This document shows, piece by piece, positions 29,123-40,446 of a DNA stretch of 54,614 nt (the first letter of the stretch is position 1; the number at the start of each line of letters is the position of its first letter). The notes beneath the pieces were generated by a model. That model saw only the letters and a program-made list of their open reading frames with translations, had not been told where the DNA came from and ran no database searches. This DNA is from an uncultured Eubacterium sp. (GTDB lineage: Bacteria > Bacillota > Clostridia > Lachnospirales > Lachnospiraceae): contig CANDJR010000001.1 in NCBI GenBank assembly GCA_947385105.1, positions 1 through 54,614 on the forward strand, read 5' to 3'. Both the position numbers and the translations under genes were made by a program.

Positions 29123-29509
29123 ATGGCAAAAGGACATAGATCTCAAATTAAAAGAGAGCGTAATGAAAAGAGAGATACAAGACCTTCCGCAAAATTATCT
29201 TTTGCAAGGGTGTCAGTTCGGAAAGCATGCTTCGTATTAGATGCCATCCGCGGTAAGGATGTGCAGACAGCGCTTGCGATTGTGACTTACAATCCAAGAT
29301 ACGCTTCCGAAGTAATTGCAAAATTATTAAAGTCAGCAATTGCCAATGCTGAAAATAATAATGGGATGCACGCAGAGAACTTGTTTATAGAAGAATGCTA
29401 TGCAAACAAGGGACCTACGATGAAACGAATCAGACCGAGGGCACAGGGACGCGCATATCGTATTGAAAAGAGAATGAGCCATATTACCATTGTGCTGAAT
29501 GAAAGATAA
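29123..29509 (+). CDS. rplV: 50S ribosomal protein L22
   Basis: [23 protein letters not shown]. Confidence 0.98.
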   Translation: MAKGHRSQIKRERNEKRDTRPSAKLSFARVSVRKACFVLDAIRGKDVQTALAIVTYNPRYASEVIAKLLKSAIANAENNNGMHAENLFIEECYANKGPTMKRIRPRAQGRAYRIEKRMSHITIVLNER

Positions 29510-29520
29510 GGAGGGAAAAC

Positions 29521-30177
29521 ATGGGACAGAAGGTTAATCCTCATGGCTTAAGGGTCGGTGTAATTGCTGATTGGGACTCTAAGTGGTACGCAGAAGGGGA
29601 CTTCGCAGACTGTTTAATCGAAGATTATAATATAAGAAAATTCCTGAAAAAGAAATTATACGCAGCAGGCATTTCAAGAATTGAAATTGAAAGAGCTTCT
29701 GAGCGTGTAAAAGTGATTATTTATACCGCAAAGCCAGGTGTTGTTATTGGAAAAGGCGGTTCAGAAATTGAAAAAGTAAAAGGCGAGCTTCAAAAATATA
29801 CAGATAAGAAGCTGATTGTAGATATTAAAGAAGTAAAAAGACCGGATAAGGACGCACAGCTGGTTGCAGAAAATATTGCACTTCAGTTGGAAAACCGTGT
29901 TTCTTTCCGCCGTGCAATGAAATCTTGCATGTCCAGAAGCTTAAAGGCAGGTGCACTTGGTATTAAGACTTCCTGCTCCGGACGTCTTGGCGGTGCAGAT
30001 ATGGCACGTACTGAATTTTATTCCGAGGGGACGATCCCGCTTCAAACATTAAGGGCAGACATTGATTATGGATTCGCTGAAGCAGATACCACTTACGGTA
30101 AAGTTGGTGTCAAAGTATGGATCTATAAAGGTGAAGTGCTCCCAGCAAAAGGAGAAAAGGAAGGAGGAGCTCAGTAA
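29521..30177 (+). CDS. rpsC: 30S ribosomal protein S3
   Basis: [31 protein letters not shown]. Confidence 0.99.
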   Translation: MGQKVNPHGLRVGVIADWDSKWYAEGDFADCLIEDYNIRKFLKKKLYAAGISRIEIERASERVKVIIYTAKPGVVIGKGGSEIEKVKGELQKYTDKKLIVDIKEVKRPDKDAQLVAENIALQLENRVSFRRAMKSCMSRSLKAGALGIKTSCSGRLGGADMARTEFYSEGTIPLQTLRADIDYGFAEADTTYGKVGVKVWIYKGEVLPAKGEKEGGAQ

Positions 30178-30179
30178 TT

Positions 30180-30617
30180 ATGTTAATGCCAAAAAGAGTA
30201 AAACATAGAAAACAGTTCCGCGGCTCTATGGCTGGTAAGGCTACTAGAGGCAATAAGATTACGAACGGTTCTTTCGGCATTGTTGCAGTAGAACCGGCAT
30301 GGATTAAATCAAACCAGATTGAAGCAGCCCGTGTCGCTATGACGCGTTATGTAAAACGTGGCGGTAAAATCTGGATTAAGATTTTCCCTGATAAACCTGT
30401 AACTACAAAACCGGCAGAAACACGTATGGGTTCCGGGAAAGGTTCCTTGGAATACTGGGTAGCTGTAGTAAAACCGGGACGCGTTTTATTTGAAATTGAC
30501 GGTGTTCCGGAGGAAATTGCCAGAGAGGCATTGCGCCTTGCTACACATAAATTACCTTGCAAATGTAAAATAGTTTCTCGTGCAGACTTAGAAGGCGGTG
30601 AATCAAATGAAAACTAA
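30180..30617 (+). CDS. rplP: 50S ribosomal protein L16
   Basis: [18 protein letters not shown]. Confidence 0.99.
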   Translation: MLMPKRVKHRKQFRGSMAGKATRGNKITNGSFGIVAVEPAWIKSNQIEAARVAMTRYVKRGGKIWIKIFPDKPVTTKPAETRMGSGKGSLEYWVAVVKPGRVLFEIDGVPEEIAREALRLATHKLPCKCKIVSRADLEGGESNEN

Positions 30618-30810
30618 TAAATATTTAGAAGAATTGCGTACGCAGTCAGCTGAGGATTTAAATACCCGGTTAGTAGAAGCAAAAAAAGAGCTTTTCAATT
30701 TGAGATTCCAGAATGCTACGAACCAGTTGGAGAATACAGGCAGGATTAAAGAGGTTCGAAAAAATATTGCAAGAATCCAGACCGTTATTACAGAGAAGGC
30801 ACATGCCTGA
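30607..30810 (+). CDS. rpmC: 50S ribosomal protein L29
   Basis: [18 protein letters not shown]. Confidence 0.97.
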   Translation: MKTNKYLEELRTQSAEDLNTRLVEAKKELFNLRFQNATNQLENTGRIKEVRKNIARIQTVITEKAHA

Positions 30811-30838
30811 TTCATTATCCCGGAAAGGAGTATAAGTC

Positions 30839-31120
30839 GTGGAAGAAAAGAAACAGGAAAATAAGCAAGAAAGAAATTTGAGGAAAACACGTGTTGGCAC
30901 GGTAGTAAGCGATAAAATGCAAAAAACAATCGTCGTAGCCGTAAAAGACAACGTAAGGCATCCATTATATAAAAAGATTGTAAAAAGAACTTATAAGTTA
31001 AAAGCCCATGATGAAAACAACGAATGCAGAATCGGTGATACGGTCAAAGTCATGGAAACAAGGCCATTATCAAAGGATAAAAGATGGCGGCTTGTGGAAA
31101 TCGTGGAAAGAGCGAAATAA
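30839..31120 (+). CDS. rpsQ: 30S ribosomal protein S17
   Basis: [26 protein letters not shown]. Confidence 0.98.
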   Translation: MEEKKQENKQERNLRKTRVGTVVSDKMQKTIVVAVKDNVRHPLYKKIVKRTYKLKAHDENNECRIGDTVKVMETRPLSKDKRWRLVEIVERAK

Positions 31121-31141
31121 GATTACAAGGAGGATACCAGC

Positions 31142-31510
31142 ATGGTACAGCAGGAAAGCAGGCTTAAAGTTGCTGACAACACTGGTGCAAAAGAATTGCT
31201 TTGCATCCGTGTTATGGGCGGTTCAACAAGAAGATATGCCTACATTGGCGATATCATTACAGCCACGGTAAAAGATGCAACACCAGGCGGCGTTGTTAAG
31301 AAAGGTGATGTTGTAAAGGCGGTTGTTGTCCGGACAAAGCACGGCGCACGCCGCAAGGATGGTTCTTACATCAAATTTGATGAAAATGCTGCAGTTATTA
31401 TAAAAGATGATAAAACTCCAAGAGGAACCCGTATTTTTGGGCCAGTTGCAAGGGAGCTGCGTGAAAAACAGTTTATGAAAATTGTTTCACTGGCTCCGGA
31501 AGTATTATAG
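31142..31510 (+). CDS. rplN: 50S ribosomal protein L14
   Basis: [23 protein letters not shown]. Confidence 0.99.
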   Translation: MVQQESRLKVADNTGAKELLCIRVMGGSTRRYAYIGDIITATVKDATPGGVVKKGDVVKAVVVRTKHGARRKDGSYIKFDENAAVIIKDDKTPRGTRIFGPVARELREKQFMKIVSLAPEVL

Positions 31511-31522
31511 GAGGTAGTAAAG

Positions 31523-31834
31523 GTGGCAACATTAAAAATAAAAAAAGGTGATACAGTAAAGGTTATTTCTGGTGCGGATAAAGGCAAAGAAGGAAAAGTT
31601 ATTTCGATTAACCGGAAAAACCATACGTTGCTCGTAGAAGACGTTCATATGCAGACAAAACACACAAAACCGTCAATGCAAAACCAGCAGGGCGGTATTG
31701 TACGTCAGGAAGGGCCGATTGATATTTCTAACGTAATGTATGTTCATAAAGGACAGCCGACGAGAATTGGATTTAAGTTTGACGGAGATAAAAAAGTTCG
31801 TTATGCAAAATCCACTGGTGATATCATTGATTAA
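31523..31834 (+). CDS. rplX: 50S ribosomal protein L24
   Basis: KKGDTVKVISGADKGKEG KOW motif. Confidence 0.98.
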   Translation: MATLKIKKGDTVKVISGADKGKEGKVISINRKNHTLLVEDVHMQTKHTKPSMQNQQGGIVRQEGPIDISNVMYVHKGQPTRIGFKFDGDKKVRYAKSTGDIID

Positions 31835-31862
31835 ATACGAATAGAAGGAAGGAGGTCCAAAC

Positions 31863-32405
31863 GTGAGCAGATTAAAAGAACAGTACCAAAATGAGATCGT
31901 AGACGCTTTGGTCAAAAAATTTGGATATAAAAATAAAATGGAAGTGCCAAAGCTGGACAAAATTGTCGTGAATATGGGCGTTGGTGAAGCAAAAGAAAAT
32001 GCGAAGCTGTTAGAAGCAGCAATAGGCGATATGGAATTGATTACTGGCCAAAAGCCAATCAAGACTATTTCCAAACATTCGATTGCAAACTTTAAAATCA
32101 GAGAGGGTATGCCGATTGGATGTAAGGTTACTTTAAGAGGCGAAAAGATGTATGAGTTCCTGGATCGTCTTGTGAACCTTGCATTGCCTCGTGTACGTGA
32201 CTTCCGCGGCGTAAACCCAAATGCATTCGACGGCAGGGGCAATTATGCGCTTGGTATTAAAGAACAGCTGATTTTCCCAGAAGTTGAATTCGATAAAATA
32301 GACAAAATCCGTGGGATGGATATCATTTTTGTCACAACGGCGCAGACAGATGAAGAAGCCCGTGAGTTATTGGCGCAGTTTAACATGCCATTTGAAAGAA
32401 AGTAG
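31863..32405 (+). CDS. rplE: 50S ribosomal protein L5
   Basis: [25 protein letters not shown]. Confidence 0.99.
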   Translation: MSRLKEQYQNEIVDALVKKFGYKNKMEVPKLDKIVVNMGVGEAKENAKLLEAAIGDMELITGQKPIKTISKHSIANFKIREGMPIGCKVTLRGEKMYEFLDRLVNLALPRVRDFRGVNPNAFDGRGNYALGIKEQLIFPEVEFDKIDKIRGMDIIFVTTAQTDEEARELLAQFNMPFERK

Positions 32406-32419
32406 GAGGGAATTTTAAT

Positions 32420-32605
32420 ATGGCAAAGACTTCTATGAAAGTAAAACAGCAGCGTAAACAGAAATTCTCTACCAGAGAATATACACGTTGCCGCATCTGT
32501 GGCCGTCCGCATTCTGTATTAAGGAAATATGGCGTTTGCCGTGTATGCTTCCGGGAATTAGCGTACAAGGGACAGATTCCGGGAGTGAAGAAAGCTTCCT
32601 GGTAG
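32420..32605 (+). CDS. rpsN: 30S ribosomal protein S14 (zinc-binding type Z)
   Basis: RCRICGRP...CRVCFRE, KASW. Confidence 0.98.
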   Translation: MAKTSMKVKQQRKQKFSTREYTRCRICGRPHSVLRKYGVCRVCFRELAYKGQIPGVKKASW

Positions 32606-32644
32606 GATAGGCATCCAGATCAATTTAAGGAGGAAAGTGCAATC

Positions 32645-33046
32645 ATGACAATGAGTGATCCAATCGCAGATATGCTTACGAGAATCCGTAATGCAAATAC
32701 TGCTAAACATGATACAGTAGATATTCCATCATCCAGGATGAAGATCGCTATTGCTGACATTCTTGTGGATGAAGGCTACATTGCAAAATATGACATCGTT
32801 GCGGATGGAAACTTCAAATCCATCCGTGTAACATTAAAATATGGTGCGGACAAGAATGAAAAAATCATTTCAGGTATTAAGCGGATTTCGAAACCAGGCT
32901 TGCGTGTTTATGCAGGTAAGGATGAGATCCCTTCTGTACTTGGCGGTTTAGGAATTGCTATTTTATCTACAAACAGAGGCGTAGTTACAGATAAAGAGGC
33001 AAGAAAGCTTCAGGTAGGCGGAGAAGTATTAGCATTTGTATGGTAA
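32645..33046 (+). CDS. rpsH: 30S ribosomal protein S8
   Basis: [21 protein letters not shown]. Confidence 0.99.
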   Translation: MTMSDPIADMLTRIRNANTAKHDTVDIPSSRMKIAIADILVDEGYIAKYDIVADGNFKSIRVTLKYGADKNEKIISGIKRISKPGLRVYAGKDEIPSVLGGLGIAILSTNRGVVTDKEARKLQVGGEVLAFVW

Positions 33047-33091
33047 GAGCATACAAATACGCTATTTTATATAAAAACAGGAGGTACGGGC

Positions 33092-33631
33092 ATGTCACGA
33101 ATAGGTAGGATGCCAATCGCGGTTCCGGCAGGTGTTACGGTCGAGATTGCAGAAAATAATAAGGTTTCCGTAAAAGGGCCAAAGGGTGAATTAAGCAGAG
33201 TATTGCCAGCAGAGATGGAGATTAAACAGGAGGAAGGCCAGATTGTTGTTAACCGTCCGAATGATTTAAAAAGAATGAAATCACTGCATGGTTTAACAAG
33301 AACATTGATCAATAATATGGTTGTAGGCGTTACAGACGGCTATGCAAAAGAGCTGGAAGTAAACGGTGTAGGTTACAGAGTTTCAAAAGCTGGAAATAAG
33401 CTGACATTAAACCTGGGCTACTCCCATCCGGTTGTAATGGAAGATCCACAGGGCGTTGAGTCAGTCGTAGAAGGCAATAAAATTACGATCAAAGGTATTG
33501 ATAAAGAAAAGGTTGGCCAATATGCGGCTGAAATCAGAGATAAGAGACGGCCTGAGCCATATAAAGGCAAAGGGATTAAATATGCTGATGAAGTTATTAG
33601 GCGTAAAGTTGGTAAGACTGGTAAGAAATAA
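33092..33631 (+). CDS. rplF: 50S ribosomal protein L6
   Basis: [20 protein letters not shown]. Confidence 0.99.
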   Translation: MSRIGRMPIAVPAGVTVEIAENNKVSVKGPKGELSRVLPAEMEIKQEEGQIVVNRPNDLKRMKSLHGLTRTLINNMVVGVTDGYAKELEVNGVGYRVSKAGNKLTLNLGYSHPVVMEDPQGVESVVEGNKITIKGIDKEKVGQYAAEIRDKRRPEPYKGKGIKYADEVIRRKVGKTGKK

Positions 33632-33649
33632 TTAAAGGAGTGACGAGAG

Positions 33650-34018
33650 ATGGTTAATAAGAAATCAAGGACAGAAGTCCGTGAAAAAAAACACAGAAGA
33701 CTGCGCAACCGTATTTCTGGAACAGCAGAAAGACCACGTTTAGCAGTTTTTAGAAGTAATAATCATATGTACGCTCAGATTATTGATGATACCGTAGGAA
33801 ATACCATCGTTTCTGCTTGTACCCTGGAAAAAGAAATTAAGGGTGCAGTAGAAAAAACTAATAACGTGGATGCAGCAGCACAGGTTGGTACTGTAGTAGC
33901 AAAGAGGGCATTAGAAAAGGGTATTACAACGGTTGTCTTTGACAGAGGCGGATATATTTATCATGGAAAAGTGCAGGCTTTGGCTGATGCAGCCAGAGAA
34001 GCTGGTTTAACATTCTAA
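33650..34018 (+). CDS. rplR: 50S ribosomal protein L18
   Basis: [20 protein letters not shown]. Confidence 0.99.
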   Translation: MVNKKSRTEVREKKHRRLRNRISGTAERPRLAVFRSNNHMYAQIIDDTVGNTIVSACTLEKEIKGAVEKTNNVDAAAQVGTVVAKRALEKGITTVVFDRGGYIYHGKVQALADAAREAGLTF

Positions 34019-34036
34019 GTAGGAGGAAACATTTAC

Positions 34037-34546
34037 ATGAAACGTGAAATAATTGATGCCAGTCAATTAGAGTTGACGGAAAACGTTGTTGCAATCAAAC
34101 GTGTCACGAAGGTTGTAAAGGGCGGTCGTAATATGCGCTTTTCAGCCCTGGTAGTTGTTGGCGACGGCAACGGACATGTAGGCGCAGGAATGGGTAAAGC
34201 AGCAGAAATTCCTGAGGCTATCCGTAAGGGTAAAGAAGATGCAATGAAAAAACTCATTGCAGTAAAATTGGATGAAAATAAAAGTATTACACATGATATA
34301 TCTGGTAAGCATACGGGCGCTTCTGTATTGCTGAAGAAGTCTCCGGAAGGTACCGGTATTATCGCTGGAGGCCCGGCACGAAGCGTATGTGAGCTGGCAG
34401 GGATTAAAAATATCCGTACGAAATCATTGGGCTCAAATAATAAACAGAATGTCGTACTTGCAACAATTACTGCCCTTGCCCAGCTGAAAGCTCCAGAAGA
34501 GGTTGCGAAGCTCCGCGGAAAATCTGTAGACGAGATCGTAGGTTAG
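34037..34546 (+). CDS. rpsE: 30S ribosomal protein S5
   Basis: [18 protein letters not shown]. Confidence 0.99.
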   Translation: MKREIIDASQLELTENVVAIKRVTKVVKGGRNMRFSALVVVGDGNGHVGAGMGKAAEIPEAIRKGKEDAMKKLIAVKLDENKSITHDISGKHTGASVLLKKSPEGTGIIAGGPARSVCELAGIKNIRTKSLGSNNKQNVVLATITALAQLKAPEEVAKLRGKSVDEIVG

Positions 34547-34556
34547 GAGGCATAAA

Positions 34557-34742
34557 ATGGCAGAGAAAATGGTAAAGGTAACACTTGTAAGATCTACAAT
34601 TGGTGCAGTGCCTAGAAACAGAAAGATTATTGAAGCCTTGGGATTACGTAAGCTGAACCAGACAAAAGTATTCCCGGACAATGCTGCAACACAAGGTGCG
34701 TTGCGTAAAGTAGCACCTTATGTAAAAGTAGAAGAAGCATAA
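34557..34742 (+). CDS. rpmD: 50S ribosomal protein L30
   Basis: VTLVRSTIG, ALGLRK; position between rpsE and rplO. Confidence 0.96.
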   Translation: MAEKMVKVTLVRSTIGAVPRNRKIIEALGLRKLNQTKVFPDNAATQGALRKVAPYVKVEEA

Positions 34743-34769
34743 GCATAAGAAGGATAAGGAGGTGGCGAT

Positions 34770-35207
34770 ATGGACTTATCGAATTTAAAGGCTGCAGATG
34801 GTTCCAGACATGCAAATTTTAGAAAAGGACGCGGCCATGGTTCAGGAAATGGTAAGACTGCAGGCAAAGGACATAAAGGGCAAAAAGCCCGTTCCGGAGC
34901 ACCAAGACCAGGCTTTGAAGGCGGCCAGATGCCATTATACAGAAGATTACCAAAAAGAGGGTTTAAGAATAGAAATTCAAAAACAATTATTGGGATCAAT
35001 GTATCAGCGCTGGAGGTATTCGATAACGATTCTGTAGTTTCCGTAGATACATTGATGGAGAACGGAATTGTGAAAAATCCAAGAGATGGCGTAAAAATCC
35101 TTGGAAACGGAGAATTAACCAAGAAGCTTACGGTTCAGGCAAATGCCTTTAGTGCAGGTGCAAAAGAAAAGATTGAAGCGCTTGGTGGAAAAGCAGAGGT
35201 GATCTAA
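34770..35207 (+). CDS. rplO: 50S ribosomal protein L15
   Basis: [32 protein letters not shown]. Confidence 0.99.
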   Translation: MDLSNLKAADGSRHANFRKGRGHGSGNGKTAGKGHKGQKARSGAPRPGFEGGQMPLYRRLPKRGFKNRNSKTIIGINVSALEVFDNDSVVSVDTLMENGIVKNPRDGVKILGNGELTKKLTVQANAFSAGAKEKIEALGGKAEVI

Positions 35208-36523
35208 TGTTCCAGACACTTCGTAGTGCATTTAAAGTGAAAGAAATCCGTGAAAGACTGGTATTTACGTTTTTCATGCTGATTGTCATCCGTTTGGGTT
35301 CTCAGTTGCCATGTCCAGGGATTGATTCTGAATTGTTTTCCCAATGGTTTTCAGGGCAGACAAACGGTGCGTTTAACTTTTTTGATGCAATTACTGGTGG
35401 TTCCTTTAACGAAATGTCAGTTTTTGCATTGAGTATCACACCATATATTACTTCCTCCATCATTATGCAGTTGTTAACAATTGCAATTCCAAAACTGGAA
35501 GAAATGCAGCGTGATGGCGAGGATGGAAGAAAGAAAATTGCAAGTATTACCCGTTATGTAACAGTAGCACTTGCACTGATCGAATCCATTGCAATGGCAG
35601 TTGGATTTGGCAGAATGGGATATTTGATCGATTATAATTTCTTATCTGTTATCGAAGTCGTATGTATTTTGACAGCTGGATCTGCAGTACTGATGTGGAT
35701 TGGCGAGCAAATTACAGAAAAGGGCGTGGGAAATGGTATTTCAATTGTGTTAGTCATTAATATTGTTTCTCGTATTCCAGCTGATATCTCTACACTGTTT
35801 GAGCAGTTCGTAAAGAGTCAGAAAGTTGCAAGAGGGGTACTGGCAGCAATTGTTATTTTAGCTGTAATTTTACTGACTGTTGTCTTTGTTATTCTCTTGC
35901 AGGATGCAGAACGCAAGATTCCGGTACAGTATTCGAAAAAAATTCAGGGAAGGAAAACGTTTGGCGGACAGAGTTCTTTTATTCCGTTAAAAGTCAATAC
36001 CGGCGGCGTTATTCCGATTATTTTTGCACAATCGATTATGGAATTTCCAGTGGTTATCTGTACGCTGCTGGGTGTTAGCGGAGGAACTGGTGTTGGCGGT
36101 AAGATCTTAAAATGCTTACAGCAAAGCAACTGGTGCGATCCGCAGGCTCCTGTATATTCAATTGGACTTGCTGTATATTTAATTTTGGTAATCGCATTTG
36201 CATATTTTTATACTTCTATTACGTTCAATCCATTAGAGATTGCGGATAATATGAAAAAGCAAGGTGGGTTTATCCCAGGTATCCGTCCAGGAAAGCCAAC
36301 AAGCGAATATTTAACCAGAATTTTGAATTATATAGTATTTATAGGTGCTGTTGGGTTATCTATCTGTGCAATTATTCCTATTTTCTTTAATGGTGTATTC
36401 AATGCAAATGTTTCTTTTGGCGGCACTTCGATTATCATTATCGTAGGTGTTGTAATTGAAACAATTAAACAGATTGAATCCAAGATGGTTGTTCGTTATT
36501 ATAAAGGATTTTTAAGTGAATAA
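35207..36523 (+). CDS. secY: Preprotein translocase subunit SecY
   Basis: SITPYITSSIIMQLL, GVGNGISI, IPGIRPG, GGTSIII. Confidence 0.99.
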   Translation: MFQTLRSAFKVKEIRERLVFTFFMLIVIRLGSQLPCPGIDSELFSQWFSGQTNGAFNFFDAITGGSFNEMSVFALSITPYITSSIIMQLLTIAIPKLEEMQRDGEDGRKKIASITRYVTVALALIESIAMAVGFGRMGYLIDYNFLSVIEVVCILTAGSAVLMWIGEQITEKGVGNGISIVLVINIVSRIPADISTLFEQFVKSQKVARGVLAAIVILAVILLTVVFVILLQDAERKIPVQYSKKIQGRKTFGGQSSFIPLKVNTGGVIPIIFAQSIMEFPVVICTLLGVSGGTGVGGKILKCLQQSNWCDPQAPVYSIGLAVYLILVIAFAYFYTSITFNPLEIADNMKKQGGFIPGIRPGKPTSEYLTRILNYIVFIGAVGLSICAIIPIFFNGVFNANVSFGGTSIIIIVGVVIETIKQIESKMVVRYYKGFLSE

Positions 36524-36688
36524 AAGATACAGGGGGGATACAGCATGTCTGTATCTCTCTTTTCACATATCAATTTTATAGTGGAAAAATAAGCCGATGT
36601 ATGGTATTGTGGATATATCTGGTGTGGTAAATCCGGAAATCAGCAGAGATTACCGCATACAAAAAAATATCAGGAGGTTTTTTGCTGT

Positions 36689-37333
36689 ATGAAAATTATT
36701 ATGTTAGGCGCTCCAGGAGCAGGAAAAGGGACACAGGCAAAGAGGATTGCAGAAAAGTATACGATCCCGCATATCTCAACCGGCGATATTTTCCGTGCAA
36801 ATATTAAAAACGGGACAGAGCTGGGGCAGAAAGCAAAGCAGTATATGGATAAAGGCGAATTAGTGCCGGATGAACTGACTTGCGATTTGGTTATGGACCG
36901 TATCCAGCAGGAAGACTGCAAAAACGGATTTGTATTGGATGGATTCCCTCGCACAATCCCACAGGCAGAAGCATTGGATGCTGCACTTGAAAAGATCGGC
37001 CAAAAGATGGATTATGCAGTTGATGTAGATGTACCAGATGAAAATATTGTAAACCGTATGGGAGGCCGCAGGGCATGTTTAAGCTGTGGCGCAACCTATC
37101 ATGTAACGTTTAATCCGACAAAAACCGAGGACGTATGTGATGCATGCGGTGCAAAGACTGTTTTGCGTGATGATGACAAGCCAGAAACAGTGCAGAAGCG
37201 TCTGGAAGTATACCATGCACAGACACAGCCATTAATTGATTATTACAAGAAGCAGGGGATTTTAAAATCAGTTGATGGGACGCAGCCAATGGATGCGGTA
37301 TTTGACGCGATTGTTGCGATTTTAGGAGCTTAA
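36689..37333 (+). CDS. adk: Adenylate kinase (zinc-lid type)
   Basis: [18 protein letters not shown], CxxC...CxxC lid. Confidence 0.99.
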   Translation: MKIIMLGAPGAGKGTQAKRIAEKYTIPHISTGDIFRANIKNGTELGQKAKQYMDKGELVPDELTCDLVMDRIQQEDCKNGFVLDGFPRTIPQAEALDAALEKIGQKMDYAVDVDVPDENIVNRMGGRRACLSCGATYHVTFNPTKTEDVCDACGAKTVLRDDDKPETVQKRLEVYHAQTQPLIDYYKKQGILKSVDGTQPMDAVFDAIVAILGA

Positions 37334-37336
37334 GCA

Positions 37337-38134
37337 ATGCCAATAGCAATAAAATCTGCAAGAGAGATAGAATTGATGCGGGTTGCAGGCAGAATCCTGG
37401 GCAGAGTACATAAAGAACTTGCCCAGGAAATTAAGCCTGGCATGTCTACACTGGACATTGACCGCATTGGGGAGGAATTAATACGGAGTTATGGATGCAT
37501 TCCTTCGTTTTTAAATTATCAGGGCTTTCCTGCTTCTGTCTGTGTATCGGTGAATAACGAGGTGATACACGGTATCCCACAAAAAGGTCGGATCATAGAA
37601 GAAGGCGATATTGTGAGCCTGGATACAGGTGTTATTTATAAAGGCTATCAGTCAGATGCTGCCAGGACGGTTGGTGTAGGAGATATATCAAAGCAGGCGG
37701 CAGATTTAATAGAGCGCACAAGGCTTAGTTTTTTTGAAGGCATGAAATATGCAAAAGCAGGAAACCGGCTTTTTGATATCTCAGCAGCAATTGGTGATTA
37801 TGCACAAAGTTTTGGGTACGGTGTTGTACGGGATTTTGTAGGGCATGGCATTGGCGCACATATGCACGAACCGCCGGAAATCCCTAATTTTCGACAAAAG
37901 CGCAGAGGGATGCGGCTGCTATCCGGGATGACGCTTGCAGTCGAACCAATGATTAACATGGGTACCTGGAGGGTGAAAGGATCCAAAAACGGCTGGACGA
38001 TTCGAACAGCAGATGGCGCGTTGTCTGCACATTATGAAAATACAGTCCTGATCACTGGGGATGGGCCGGAAATTTTTTCGGTGACAGAGGAAGAAGCAGA
38101 AAAGATAGATTTTTTGGTTAATATGGAGGAATGA
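37337..38134 (+). CDS. map: Type I methionyl aminopeptidase
   Basis: [30 protein letters not shown]. Confidence 0.97.
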   Translation: MPIAIKSAREIELMRVAGRILGRVHKELAQEIKPGMSTLDIDRIGEELIRSYGCIPSFLNYQGFPASVCVSVNNEVIHGIPQKGRIIEEGDIVSLDTGVIYKGYQSDAARTVGVGDISKQAADLIERTRLSFFEGMKYAKAGNRLFDISAAIGDYAQSFGYGVVRDFVGHGIGAHMHEPPEIPNFRQKRRGMRLLSGMTLAVEPMINMGTWRVKGSKNGWTIRTADGALSAHYENTVLITGDGPEIFSVTEEEAEKIDFLVNMEE

Positions 38135-38136
38135 AA

Positions 38137-38355
38137 ATGTCAAAAGCAGATGTAATTGAAGTAGAAGGTAAAGTGATTGAAAAATTGCCAAATGCGATGT
38201 TTCAGGTAGAACTAGAGAACGGGCATCAGATTTTAGCGCATATTAGCGGGAAACTGCGTATGAATTTCATACGTATTTTACCAGGAGATAAAGTTACAAT
38301 TGAAATGTCGCCGTATGACCTGACAAAAGGACGCATCATCTGGCGGGATAAATAG
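38137..38355 (+). CDS. infA: Translation initiation factor IF-1
   Basis: [29 protein letters not shown]. Confidence 0.99.
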   Translation: MSKADVIEVEGKVIEKLPNAMFQVELENGHQILAHISGKLRMNFIRILPGDKVTIEMSPYDLTKGRIIWRDK

Positions 38356-38418
38356 TATTTTAGCTATGCCATACTAATAACCCAGCCATGATACACACAA
38401 GAAAAGGAAAACGGGAAA

Positions 38419-40290
38419 ATGGAAGGATTTACACTTATTTTATCCTTATTAAGCGGAGTAGCATTGTTTCTATTTGGCATGTCATTAATGGGAGACGGGC
38501 TGAAAAGGGTAGCAGGAGAAAAGCTTGAGCTAATTTTATACCGACTGACGAATACGCCGATCAAAGGGATCTTACTTGGAACTGTTGTAACTGCAATTAT
38601 TCAGTCATCTTCTGCTACGACCGTTATGGTAGTTGGTTTTGTCAATGCAGGTATCATGAAGATTGGTCAGGCAATTGGAATCATTATGGGTGCAAACATA
38701 GGAACCAGCATTACGGGCTGGATTCTTTGTCTGTCTTACCTGGAAGGGACAGGAGGGATTGCAACGCTGCTGTCAACAGCTACCATTTCAGCAGTAGTCG
38801 CAATTGTAGGTACTGTTTTCCGAACATTTTTAAAGAAAGCATCGTATCATTATATTGGGGATATTATGCTTGGATTTTCTATTTTGATGTTTGGAATGCA
38901 GATGATGAGCGGTGCAGTAGCTCCGTTAAAGAGTAATGAGCATTTTGTAAATGCACTGACAATGTTCTCGAATCCATTTATGGGCATCATGGTTGGTATT
39001 TTGTTTACGGCAGTACTGCAAAGCGCCTCTGCGTCTGTAGGTATTTTGCAGGCATTGTCTGTTACAGGCGGGATCACATTTGCAACAGCATTGCCAATTA
39101 CAATGGGGATTGGTGTTGGAGCAGCCTGCCCTGTTTTGCTGTCTTCCATCGGCACAAATAAAAATGGAAAGCGGACAGCGTTAATTTATTTATTGAATGA
39201 TTTATTTGGCATGGTGATTTGGTCTGTCGTTTTTTACAGTGTGCATGCAGCAATGAACTTTACGTTTATGAATCTGCCAATGACGCCGGTTCGGATTGCG
39301 TTGCTAAATACAGTATTCCGTATGGCGACAATTTTAGTATTAATACCTTTTATCAAAGGAATAGAAAAGCTGGTGTTTGTTTTAATCCGCGATACGCAGG
39401 AAGACAAAGAAGACCAGGCTGATTTTGATTTGCTAGAGGAGCGTTTTTTAGCGTATCCGCCGCTTGCAATTGCCCAAAGCCACCAAGCGATGAATGGCAT
39501 GGCAAAAAAAGTGCGCAAAAATATTTCCAGCGCGCTGTGCCTGTTAAAGGAATATTCAGACGAACAATATAACCATATTCAGGAAAAAGAAAACTTAATT
39601 GATAAATATGAAGATAAGCTGGGCAGTTATTTGATGCAGCTGACAGGGCGCGAGATGACAATGGCACAAAATAGTGAAGTGTCAAAATTTTTACATACGC
39701 TCAGCGATTTTGAACGACTAGGGGATCATGCAAGCAATATATCAAAAGTAGCGAATGAGCTGCATGAAAAAAATTCTTCGTTTTCAGACGAAGGAAAGTA
39801 CGAGCTGGGAATTTTAGAAAGTGCAGTGTCTGATATTGTAGATATGACAGTAGCTGCATTTATGTCAGATGATTTGAAAGTGGCAGAAAAAGTAGAACCT
39901 CTCCGGGAACTGATAAGTATCTTGTGTGATGAATTAAAGATGCGCCATATTAAAAGGCTGCAGCACGGCAAATGTGAATTAAAACAGGGTTTTGCCTTTA
40001 ATGACCTGTTAGCTAATTTCGAACGTATCGGGGCGCACTGTTCGAATGTAGCAGTAGCTATGATTGAGTTAGCAGATGCTGATTTTGATACACATAGCTA
40101 TATCAAAGCAATGCGGGAGCGCAAAAATACCGATTATATCGCCTGCTTTGAGGCATATGAAGAAAAATATAATATTAATGGATACAAAAAACTAAAAAAA
40201 GCAAAAAAGGAAGATGAGATAGGAAAAGGCAAAAAGAATAAGAAAGAAGTGAAAAAGAAAAAACATTTGAGCAGATCTTACAAAAAATAA
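38419..40290 (+). CDS. Na/Pi cotransporter family protein with C-terminal PhoU-like domains
   Basis: QSSSATTVM, GANIGTSIT, second repeat QSASAS, ERLGDHA/ERIGAHC; Lys-rich tail. Confidence 0.93.
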   Translation: MEGFTLILSLLSGVALFLFGMSLMGDGLKRVAGEKLELILYRLTNTPIKGILLGTVVTAIIQSSSATTVMVVGFVNAGIMKIGQAIGIIMGANIGTSITGWILCLSYLEGTGGIATLLSTATISAVVAIVGTVFRTFLKKASYHYIGDIMLGFSILMFGMQMMSGAVAPLKSNEHFVNALTMFSNPFMGIMVGILFTAVLQSASASVGILQALSVTGGITFATALPITMGIGVGAACPVLLSSIGTNKNGKRTALIYLLNDLFGMVIWSVVFYSVHAAMNFTFMNLPMTPVRIALLNTVFRMATILVLIPFIKGIEKLVFVLIRDTQEDKEDQADFDLLEERFLAYPPLAIAQSHQAMNGMAKKVRKNISSALCLLKEYSDEQYNHIQEKENLIDKYEDKLGSYLMQLTGREMTMAQNSEVSKFLHTLSDFERLGDHASNISKVANELHEKNSSFSDEGKYELGILESAVSDIVDMTVAAFMSDDLKVAEKVEPLRELISILCDELKMRHIKRLQHGKCELKQGFAFNDLLANFERIGAHCSNVAVAMIELADADFDTHSYIKAMRERKNTDYIACFEAYEEKYNINGYKKLKKAKKEDEIGKGKKNKKEVKKKKHLSRSYKK

Positions 40291-40292
40291 AG

Positions 40293-40321
40293 TTGAGTAA
40301 AGAATTTAATTATGGTATAAT
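40293..40321 (+). promoter_or_regulatory. Promoter of the HipA-like kinase gene
   Basis: TTGAGT-17-TATAAT with extended -10 TG. Confidence 0.7.
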
Positions 40322-40352
40322 AATAAGTTGATATGAATATAACAGCTCAGAC

Positions 40353-40426
40353 AGGTGCCGGACTGTTATATCAAGAATAAGATTGACGAGGACGGAAGAT
40401 AGGACAATCTAGACGTATCCTTCGCC
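40353..40426 (+). ncRNA. Structured 5' leader with partial similarity to the glmS ribozyme core (likely degenerate)
   Basis: GTGCCGGACT...TTGACGAGGA then CGGAAGATA/TATCCTTCG stem; pseudoknot partner strands not conserved. Confidence 0.25.
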
Positions 40427-40446
40427 ATATGGAATGGGGTATAGAG

